Assembly: GCA_963774265.1 (NCBI GenBank)
Contig: CAVZDU010000002.1
Span: 192,001 to 256,000 of the forward strand
Length of the DNA stretch: 64,000 bases
Direction: 5' to 3'
Source: an uncultured Chloroflexia bacterium
GTDB taxonomy: Bacteria; Chloroflexota; Anaerolineae; CG2-30-64-16
Shown here: positions 1 through 7,620 of the stretch, one piece after another
Layout of the letters: each line of letters begins with the position of its first letter
Numbering within the stretch: the first letter of the stretch is position 1
Translations under genes and position numbers: made by a program
The notes under the pieces: generated by a model
What the model was told of the DNA's origin: nothing
What the model saw: the letters and a program-made list of their open reading frames with translations, nothing else
Databases searched by the model: none

Positions 1-2
1 CC

Positions 3-713
3 GGTCGCGTCTCCGTCGCTGACCTCAGCCAGGCGTTCGGCCTCTCCGAGGTCACGATTCGGGCCGATCTCCAGGCCCTTGCAGAGAGCAATCTGCTCCT
101 GCGCACACACGGCGGCGCGATCGCACTCAATTCCGGCTCCCAGTACCTCTCACTCAACCTTCGACGTCTGCAGCAAACACAGGAGAAGGCCCACATCGGT
201 GCAGCGGCGGCGGCACTTATCCAAGACGGCGACGCCGTCTTCCTCGACTCGTCCAGCACCGCCCTTGCCATCGCCCAATGTCTGGCAGATCGCCGCTACC
301 TCACTGTCGTCACCAATGGCCTGGTCATCGCACAGGAGCTGCTCGCCGCGCCAGGCGTCTCGGTAATCGTGGTCGGCGGAGCGCTGCGTCGCGACACCGC
401 CTCGCTCCTCGGCGTGGACGGCCTGGACATACTCAAACACGTCAATCTCAGCAAGGGCTTCTTCGGCAGCCATGGCATCTCCGCCGAAGAGGGTCTGACC
501 GACGTCAGCGCGGATGAGGCCGAACTGAAGCGGCTGGTCGTGCAAATGGTCCGCGAGGTAGTCGCAGTCGTCGACCGGACCAAGTGGGGCCGCGTCGGTG
601 TGGCATCGTTCGCGGCCGCTCGCGAAATCGACAAAGTAATCACCGACCGCGACGCGCCAAGCGACCTGGTCGAGCAACTCCGCGCCACGGGCGCGGACGT
701 CATATTGGTTTAA
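3..713 (+). CDS. DeoR/GlpR-family transcriptional regulator (5'-truncated by window edge)
   Basis: Frame of ORF 369..713 is open from nt 3 and reads GRVSVADLSQAFGLSEVTIRADL..LLLRTHGGA (DeoR HTH), VFLDSSST, LTVVTN, VVDRTKWG (DeoRC sensor). Confidence 0.93.
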   Translation, partial: GRVSVADLSQAFGLSEVTIRADLQALAESNLLLRTHGGAIALNSGSQYLSLNLRRLQQTQEKAHIGAAAAALIQDGDAVFLDSSSTALAIAQCLADRRYLTVVTNGLVIAQELLAAPGVSVIVVGGALRRDTASLLGVDGLDILKHVNLSKGFFGSHGISAEEGLTDVSADEAELKRLVVQMVREVVAVVDRTKWGRVGVASFAAAREIDKVITDRDAPSDLVEQLRATGADVILV

Positions 714-726
714 TCGGAGGCTCTTT

Positions 727-2841
727 GTGAATCAACCCATGCAACCCATCGACACTGTTAAGCTCTCCGCTCTGATCGAGGAGCAGGAGCTGACTAAGAA
801 AGATCTGATGACGTATCTGCGGCAGATGACCGAGATTCGCGCCCTCGAGGAGCAGATCGCCCGCCTCTTGACCAAGGCTTTGCTCAAGGGTGCTTCACAT
901 CTCTACGCAGGTCAGGAGGCCGTCGCAGTCGGTGCGGTCGCCGCGCTCCGCAATGACGACCTGATCACATCCACCCACCGCGGCCATGGCCATGGCCACG
1001 CGCACGGAGACTCCGCGGCCAAAACCGATGAGGAGAAGCAGGCGCACTACAACAAGATGATGGCTGAAGTACTCGGAAAGTCGGGCGGCTATTGCAAGGG
1101 CAAGGGCGGTTCGATGCACATCGCGGACGTATCCCACGGCAACCTGGGCGCGACCGGGATCGTTGGTGGAAACCTTCCCGTTGCGGTCGGCGCGGGTCTC
1201 GCCCAAAAGCTCCAGGGGACCGACCGGGTAGTGGTCTGCTTCTTCGGCGACGGCGCATCGAACGAAGGCAACTTCCACGAAGCACTCAACATGGCTTCAG
1301 CGATGGATCTCCCGGTTATTTTCGTCGCCGAGAACAACCAGTACGGCATGTCGGTGCCTTGGGCCAACGTGACCAAGCTGCCGGACATCGCGTCCCGCGC
1401 ATGCGCGTACGGTATTCCTGGCGTCGTGGTCGACGGCATGGATGTAGTGCAGGTGCGCGCGGCGGTGGCCAAGGCGGCAGCGCGCGCACGACGTGGCGAA
1501 GGTCCTACCCTGATCGAAGCCAAGACGTACCGTTGGTTTGGTCACAGCCACTCGGACAATCGCGCGTATCGCACTCGAGAGGAAGAGGCGGGCTGGAAGG
1601 CGCGCGACCCACTGACCGTGCTCCAGGGCCAACTCGTCGACCTGAAGATGGCGCAGGATGGCGAGCTCGATGCGGTCGAGAAGACGGTCGAGGAAAAACT
1701 GGCAGCAGCCATGGTCTTTGCAGACGCCTCTCCTGCCCCCGATCCCAGCGAGCTGGAGACCGACGTTTTCGCGCCCCTGAAGCATACCGCTGAGGACATT
1801 CGTGCAGAGACAGATCTGCGCGCTCAGGTCCACCTCGCCGAAAAGGGCGATAAGACGACCGTCCCGATGAAAACGATCGCATACTCCCAGGCGCTGGTCG
1901 AGGCCGCGCGCGAGGAGATGCAGACAGACCCATCCGTGTTTATCATGGGTGAGGATGTGGGCCTCTACGGCGGCGCCTACGGCGCGACCCGAGGCCTCTT
2001 CGCAGAGTTCGGCGGCAACCGCGTGATTGATACGCCCATTAGCGAGGCCACCATCGGCGGTGCGGCCGTCGGCGCGGCCATGGCCGGCATGCGGCCCATC
2101 GCCGAGATCATGTACGTCGACTTCACCCCACTGGCCATGGATCAGATCGCCAACCAGGGCGCCAAGAACCGCTACATGTTCGGCGGCAAAACGAGTGTCC
2201 CGATGGTCGTGCGCACGGAGGGTGGCGCCGGCCGCGCCATCGCCGCGCACCATTCGCAAAGCCTTGAAGCGCTGTGGACCCACTTCCCCGGCATTTACGT
2301 GGTCATGCCATCAACGCCTTACGACGCCAAGGGTCTGCTGAAATCGGCAATCCGCGACGACAACCCGGTGATGTTCATCGAGCACAAGATGCTCTATAGC
2401 GTCAAAGGCCCCGTGCCGGAGCAGGATTATGTCATCCCGCTCGGCGTAGCGGACGTCAAGAGGCCCGGCAAGGATATCACCCTGGTGACCTACTCGCGCA
2501 TGGTACACCGTGGGTTGGAGGCTGCCGAGATTCTCGCCAAGGAAGGCATCGACGTTGAGTTGGTCGACCTGCGGTCGCTCAAGCCGCTCGACCTGGACAC
2601 GATCCTGACCTCCGTGAGGAAAACCGGCCGGTTGGTGGGCCTGACTGAGGCTTATGAAAACTCGAGCTTCATCAACGAAGTCATGGCGCTGGTGAACGAG
2701 AACGCCTTTGACTACCTGGATGCACCGATGGTGCGCGTTGCAGCGGCCAATGTGCCGGTTCCGCGCGCTGAGGTTCTCGAAGATCTGGCCATCCCGAACG
2801 TCAACCGTATCGTGGCCGTGTGCCGGAAGGTGGTGAGCTGA
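727..2841 (+). CDS. Fused E1 alpha+beta subunit of a pyruvate/acetoin-type 2-oxoacid dehydrogenase complex
   Basis: HLYAGQEA, THRGHGH, GKGGSMH, TPP motif GDGA..N and YRWFGHS in the alpha half; GEDVG, DTPISE, HSQS and DLRSLKPLD in the beta half. Confidence 0.93.
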   Translation: MNQPMQPIDTVKLSALIEEQELTKKDLMTYLRQMTEIRALEEQIARLLTKALLKGASHLYAGQEAVAVGAVAALRNDDLITSTHRGHGHGHAHGDSAAKTDEEKQAHYNKMMAEVLGKSGGYCKGKGGSMHIADVSHGNLGATGIVGGNLPVAVGAGLAQKLQGTDRVVVCFFGDGASNEGNFHEALNMASAMDLPVIFVAENNQYGMSVPWANVTKLPDIASRACAYGIPGVVVDGMDVVQVRAAVAKAAARARRGEGPTLIEAKTYRWFGHSHSDNRAYRTREEEAGWKARDPLTVLQGQLVDLKMAQDGELDAVEKTVEEKLAAAMVFADASPAPDPSELETDVFAPLKHTAEDIRAETDLRAQVHLAEKGDKTTVPMKTIAYSQALVEAAREEMQTDPSVFIMGEDVGLYGGAYGATRGLFAEFGGNRVIDTPISEATIGGAAVGAAMAGMRPIAEIMYVDFTPLAMDQIANQGAKNRYMFGGKTSVPMVVRTEGGAGRAIAAHHSQSLEALWTHFPGIYVVMPSTPYDAKGLLKSAIRDDNPVMFIEHKMLYSVKGPVPEQDYVIPLGVADVKRPGKDITLVTYSRMVHRGLEAAEILAKEGIDVELVDLRSLKPLDLDTILTSVRKTGRLVGLTEAYENSSFINEVMALVNENAFDYLDAPMVRVAAANVPVPRAEVLEDLAIPNVNRIVAVCRKVVS

Positions 2842-4232
2842 TGTCAATCGAGGTCTACATCCCCAAATACGGCCAGACGGTCGAGGAAGTGAAGATCGTC
2901 CAGTGGTTCGTTGAGGATGGTGCGACGGTCAAGAAGGACCAGGAAATCCTGGAAATCGAGACCGATAAGACGACCTTCTTCGTTGAATCGGAGGCCGTGG
3001 GTGTGCTGCACCGCGGGCCGTACGCCAGCGGAGATACGGTGCCCGTCCTCGAAGTGGTCGCCATCATCGGCAAACCCGATGACAAGTTCATCGCTCACAA
3101 AGTCGGCAGCGAATCCACCGAGGTCACAACGAGCACAGAGCTTGCACGAACAACTGGCGCCACTCAGCCCTCTGAGGCCGCGGTGTCCTCTGTAGCAACC
3201 ACGGTATTCGCCTCGCCCCGAGCGCGGAAGTTAGCAAGCGAGAAGGGAGTCGACGTCACCAGGCTCACTCCCACGGGCGGTGGCGGCGCGCGTGTCGCCG
3301 AACGTGACGTTCTTGCTTATCTTGCGAGCACACCCAAGGCGACACCCCTTGCGGAAAAACTTGCTGCTGAAACCGGCATAGATCTCCGCCAAGTCACCGG
3401 CACGGGCCCCGGCGGCAAAATCACCCGCGAAGACGTCGCTGCCGCTTCCACTCCCGCGGCACCTGGCACGGTTGCGCCGCCTGCCATCTCAATGCCATCT
3501 ACGCCTGCCGCGGTTGCACTACCGCCAGCGGATGTAGTCGAGCGCATCCCCCTCAAGGGTATAAGAGCGATCATCGCAGACCGCATGGGCGCCAGCGTTC
3601 ACACCACCGCACGCGTAACCCTCGTCACCGAGGTCGACGCCACCGAGTTCGTCGCCATGCGCGAGCGGCTCAAGGCCAAGGTGAGCGAGCAATGGGGTTT
3701 CGCACCCGGCTACAACGATCTTCTTGCACTGGTAGTCGCCAAAGCGCTCCGCCAGTTCCCTTACATGAACGCACGGCTTGCGCCCGACGCGATCGAGTTG
3801 ATGGCGCACGTCAACCTGGGCATGGCTGTCGATACTGAAAAGGGCCTGCTGGTTCCCGTCATCCGCGACGCGGACGCGAAATCGCTGCGTGAGTTCGGTG
3901 CATTGTTCCGGGATCTGGTTGATCGAGCTCGCAAGGGCCGCTCCCTGCCCGACGACTTGTCCGGGGGCACGTTCACGATCACCAACCTGGGTATGCACGA
4001 CATTGACGCGTTTACACCCGTCATCAACCTGCCCGAGGCCGCGATCCTGGGTGTGGGACGCATCACCGCGAAGTGGGTTTTCAGGCCCGAGAGTCCATCT
4101 GCGCCCGTGTTGCGGCAGATGCTGACGCTCAGCCTGGTATTCGACCACCGTCTCGTCGACGGCGCTCCCGCCGCGCGCTTCCTCCAATGGATCAAGGGTG
4201 TGGTGGAAGAGCCGTACCTGCTGGTGGCGTAG
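2841..4232 (+). CDS. Dihydrolipoamide acyltransferase (E2): one lipoyl domain, two subunit-binding domains
   Basis: ETDK lipoyl motif; ASPRARKLA..GVD and ATPLAEKLA..TGPGGKITREDV; GGTFTITNLG; DHRLVDGA. ATG overlaps the E1 TGA. Confidence 0.94.
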   Translation: MSIEVYIPKYGQTVEEVKIVQWFVEDGATVKKDQEILEIETDKTTFFVESEAVGVLHRGPYASGDTVPVLEVVAIIGKPDDKFIAHKVGSESTEVTTSTELARTTGATQPSEAAVSSVATTVFASPRARKLASEKGVDVTRLTPTGGGGARVAERDVLAYLASTPKATPLAEKLAAETGIDLRQVTGTGPGGKITREDVAAASTPAAPGTVAPPAISMPSTPAAVALPPADVVERIPLKGIRAIIADRMGASVHTTARVTLVTEVDATEFVAMRERLKAKVSEQWGFAPGYNDLLALVVAKALRQFPYMNARLAPDAIELMAHVNLGMAVDTEKGLLVPVIRDADAKSLREFGALFRDLVDRARKGRSLPDDLSGGTFTITNLGMHDIDAFTPVINLPEAAILGVGRITAKWVFRPESPSAPVLRQMLTLSLVFDHRLVDGAPAARFLQWIKGVVEEPYLLVA

Positions 4233-4249
4233 GTCCAGCAACCGAAAGG

Positions 4250-4280
4250 CGCCCCCGGAGGAGAATCTCGTCCGGGGGCG
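4250..4280. terminator. Hairpin between convergent genes
   Basis: CGCCCCCGGA ... TCCGGGGGCG 10-bp stem between the E2 and AlkZ-like stops. Confidence 0.7.
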
Positions 4281-4282
4281 TT

Positions 4283-5398
4283 CTATTTCAGGAACCGCTC
4301 AATATCCGCGACCTCAGCGGCGATGGCCGCTTCAATCTCTTGGGAAAACGGTTCGAAGGGTTCCACGGTGATCGCGACCTTACGGCCGGTGCGATTTGTA
4401 CGCCAGATGCCCAGGATGCGTCCATCCAGTAGCACCATTGCGGGCAGCATCCCACCGCCTTTGACGCACGACGCGTAGGCGCCGTCCTCGATCAGATCAC
4501 GCGTTTTGTGGCCAAGTATGTACGTATCGAATGCTGGCAAAAGCCGCACATGAGGCACGCCGCGCGGCTGCTCGTCCAGATCGGTCATGCGCGCCTCTGG
4601 AACCCAGGCGGGCCGGCCAGCTACTTCGACCTCCAGCTGGTGCGGGGTGATCGCATCCCACCCGGCGCGCAGATCGCGCACGTTGAGGCCGGACCACGCC
4701 GAGAAATCCGCCAGGGTGGCTGGTGCATAAGCCGCAAGGTACCGCTCAGCCAGGAGTCCAAGACCTTGCCGGCGCTCGCCATCCTCCGTGGGGAGGATTG
4801 GCGTGCGCAGGAGCCAGTCGCTAAGCAAGACGAAGGTTGGCTTTTCCCCTGGAACGTCTCCGCGATCAGGTCCGAAACAAACTACGCCTTCCAACGCAGC
4901 CCGGTACAGCAGGTGTCGCTCGAACCGATAACCAGCGGGGAGACCGGCTGCGGTTAGTGCCTGGACCACTTCTTCGCGCGTCGCCTGTCCGGTGCTGGCC
5001 AAATGCTCCCGAATGACCGTCAGCCCGGCGGCATATGTCGCCTCATCCAGCCCCAACTCCCCGCGCCGCCGCGCGGTCGCAGCGAGCAGCGGTGGACCCA
5101 ACACGGCAAGCAGCCACTCGACGTCGTCCGCCGGAACCAGGTGTAGCGTGCCGCGCATCAACCACGTCCAAATCACGGAGCGATTCGCCAGGCGGCTGCC
5201 TTCGCAATCGGCCAAAGCACTGCCTGGAGCGCGCACGCGCACGCCCAGCAGCGCCGCAAACAAATCCTGCGCCTGCAAGCCACATACCTGCCGCGATACA
5301 AGCCGGGCGACATCCCCTCCGCCAATCTGGTGCGGTAGGAGCGCCTGCCCTCGCATTCTCAGCCGGAGCGCCTGGTGTATTGTCAAACGGATCGCCAT
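4283..5398 (-). CDS. AlkZ/YcaQ (HTH_42) family winged-helix DNA glycosylase
   Basis: GLQAQD, WLMRGTLHLV, YLAAYAPATLADFSAWSGL, LLPAFDTYILG. Confidence 0.88.
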   Translation of the reverse strand: MAIRLTIHQALRLRMRGQALLPHQIGGGDVARLVSRQVCGLQAQDLFAALLGVRVRAPGSALADCEGSRLANRSVIWTWLMRGTLHLVPADDVEWLLAVLGPPLLAATARRRGELGLDEATYAAGLTVIREHLASTGQATREEVVQALTAAGLPAGYRFERHLLYRAALEGVVCFGPDRGDVPGEKPTFVLLSDWLLRTPILPTEDGERRQGLGLLAERYLAAYAPATLADFSAWSGLNVRDLRAGWDAITPHQLEVEVAGRPAWVPEARMTDLDEQPRGVPHVRLLPAFDTYILGHKTRDLIEDGAYASCVKGGGMLPAMVLLDGRILGIWRTNRTGRKVAITVEPFEPFSQEIEAAIAAEVADIERFLK

Positions 5399-5443
5399 GA
5401 CTCCCTCACCTAAAGCATTGAATCGACGACCTCACCGGACAAG

Positions 5444-5474
5444 AAAAAACCACGCGGCAGCCTTGATCGCGTGG
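5444..5474 (-). terminator. Intrinsic terminator of the mscL-hypothetical unit
   Basis: CCACGCG/CGCGTGG stem followed by a T6 run on the minus strand. Confidence 0.65.
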
Positions 5475-5505
5475 CTTTGACCTGTGCTCGTGATGTCCTG
5501 CGGCT

Positions 5506-6012
5506 CTACAGCCCCAGCACGCCCTTGATCAGATTCAGCGAGGACTGCTCCGCGTCAGATACCGCCGTCCCGCCGAACCCCAGGAATCCGCCCTCTTTCC
5601 CGGCCGCGGCCGTCTTTTGAGCGGCTTCCCAAACGAGCTGCCGGTATTCGGCCGCGGCCTCATCTCCGGCCTTGCTTTCAACGAGCGCCACAGCGTTGCG
5701 GATCGATGCCAGGCCCATCTGTTGTGCTTCCTCGAGGCTTGGCTTCTGCGCCTTCATGGCCTCTCGCCGCGCCTGGGCGATCTTCTTGAACGCTTCCTGC
5801 CGCTCCTTTGTCGCAGCCATCACTTCACTGCGAAACGCGGTTATGAACGGTGTCTTCCAGCGGTCCTCGCGCATCACTTCCAGTGCGGCACTTGCCTCTT
5901 TGGTCAGGCCGATCGGTCCCGAAAGATCAGAACTCATAATCAGGCCTGAGGCCGCGCTAGCGCCTTCCAAAACGGTGTACCAGTCTTCTGTGGTCAGATC
6001 TTTCGGATCCAT
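5506..6012 (-). CDS. Conserved hypothetical helical protein (possibly TerB-like)
   Basis: 168-aa ORF ending in KEGGFLGFGG..VSDAEQ; starts 2 nt after the mscL stop. Confidence 0.75.
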   Translation of the reverse strand: MDPKDLTTEDWYTVLEGASAASGLIMSSDLSGPIGLTKEASAALEVMREDRWKTPFITAFRSEVMAATKERQEAFKKIAQARREAMKAQKPSLEEAQQMGLASIRNAVALVESKAGDEAAAEYRQLVWEAAQKTAAAGKEGGFLGFGGTAVSDAEQSSLNLIKGVLGL

Positions 6013-6014
6013 GA

Positions 6015-6383
6015 TCAGCGTCCTTTCTTCAACAGGTCGCGAATCTCAGTCAGGAGCACGACATCTGCAGGCGGCGCCGCAGTCTCGACCTTCTTGGGCC
6101 CCGAAGCCTTGTTGATCGCCTTGACGACCAGGAAGATCACAAAGCCAACGATCAGGAAATTGACGATCGCTTGAATGAACTTGCCGTACGCGACCACCGC
6201 GCTCCCCACGGTCGCCGACAGGGCAGCAAAATCGAGACCGCCCAACACGATGCCGACCAACGGCATGATGATGTCGTTAACCAGAGATGTCACGATTGCG
6301 CCGAACGCGACGGCGATTACCACCGCGACCGCCAGATCAATCACGTTCCCGCGCAAAATGAACTTCTTGAACTCACTAAGCAT
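6015..6383 (-). CDS. mscL: Large-conductance mechanosensitive channel
   Basis: [43 protein letters not shown]; GGAGG RBS. Confidence 0.97.
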   Translation of the reverse strand: MLSEFKKFILRGNVIDLAVAVVIAVAFGAIVTSLVNDIIMPLVGIVLGGLDFAALSATVGSAVVAYGKFIQAIVNFLIVGFVIFLVVKAINKASGPKKVETAAPPADVVLLTEIRDLLKKGR

Positions 6384-6477
6384 AAGAACCTCCTGCAATC
6401 AGGGATGAGACATGCCACGGGCTCCACTCGGGGCCATGGGATGCGCGCACGACATCCCGCGCACACGCTTCAGTCAC

Positions 6478-6506
6478 ATTATGCGACTCATATGTTACCG
6501 TGTCAA
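6478..6506 (-). promoter_or_regulatory. Sigma70-type promoter of mscL
   Basis: TTGACA-N17-CATAAT on the minus strand. Confidence 0.7.
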
Positions 6507-6607
6507 TTACTTTTCCACCGAAATCATCGCGGTAACCGAAATGCGACCTGAGTTGACGCACCCGGGCTCGTTGAGTTATCATGCCCGGCAAGGAGTAGAT
6601 CATTATC

Positions 6608-7525
6608 ATGGGTGAAGCGACCCCGACATCCTCCACGGCCATCCGTCGGCGCTCCCAATTCGCGCTTCTCATCAAAACGATGCGACCCAAACAGTGGACA
6701 AAGAACGTCTTCGTGTGGGCTGCTTTGGTGGCCGACGTTAAGCTGTTCCGGGTTGAGCCATTCCTGAGCACCCTCGCGGCCTTCGTTCTGTTCTGTCTGA
6801 TTTCCAGCGCGGTGTACATCATTAATGACCTCGTCGACATGCCAAAGGACCGGCTTCACCCGGAGAAGCGCACCCGGCCACTCGCATCCGGCGCGCTCAA
6901 CCCCAACATCGCCATCGTTGCCGCCATCGTAATCGTGGTGGGCTGCCTGCCCCTCGCGCTGGCCGTCAGTTGGAAACTCACAGCGATCCTTTACGGTTAC
7001 CTGCTGTTGATGATCGCGTACACTTTCTGGCTGAAGAACGTAGTTATTGTCGACGTGATGACCATCGCGGCAGGTTTCGTGCTCCGCGTCGGCGCAGGCG
7101 TGGCCGTGGTCAACGCCGAGCGGTTCTCGCCGTGGCTCTACGTCTGCATGGTGCTGCTAGCGCTCTTCCTGGGACTGGGCAAACGTCGCCAGGAGATCGT
7201 GCTGATGAATGAAAACGGCGCCAGCACGCGGAGGATCCTGGCCGAGTACAATCTCCGGTTCGTGGACGAGATGCTGTCGCTGGTGAGCGCGAGCACGGTC
7301 ATGGCCTACGCCACCTACACTTTCTCTGCGCCCAACCTGCCGCCAAACCACTCAATGATGCTGACAATCCCCTTCGTCCTCTACGGCATTCTCCGGTACT
7401 TGTATCTGATCCACGTGAAGGGGGAGACGGACCCGCCGGATGTGGTGGTGCTGAAGGATCGCCCGCTTCTGGTTGATGTCGTACTTTTCGGGGCGGTGGT
7501 GTTCCTGGTGTTCTACATACTCTAG
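6608..7525 (+). CDS. UbiA-family (decaprenyl-phosphate) phosphoribosyltransferase
   Basis: MRPKQWTKN, YIINDLVD..DRLHPEKRTRPLASG, GKRRQE; polytopic membrane protein. Confidence 0.9.
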   Translation: MGEATPTSSTAIRRRSQFALLIKTMRPKQWTKNVFVWAALVADVKLFRVEPFLSTLAAFVLFCLISSAVYIINDLVDMPKDRLHPEKRTRPLASGALNPNIAIVAAIVIVVGCLPLALAVSWKLTAILYGYLLLMIAYTFWLKNVVIVDVMTIAAGFVLRVGAGVAVVNAERFSPWLYVCMVLLALFLGLGKRRQEIVLMNENGASTRRILAEYNLRFVDEMLSLVSASTVMAYATYTFSAPNLPPNHSMMLTIPFVLYGILRYLYLIHVKGETDPPDVVVLKDRPLLVDVVLFGAVVFLVFYIL

Positions 7526-7620
7526 AAAAAAGCTCCCTGAGCCATGAGACTCCGGGAGCCCTATAATCAAGACCCGACCTTCGAGATTTCCGAAACCTCG
7601 AAAGTTACCACCCTGCATAG

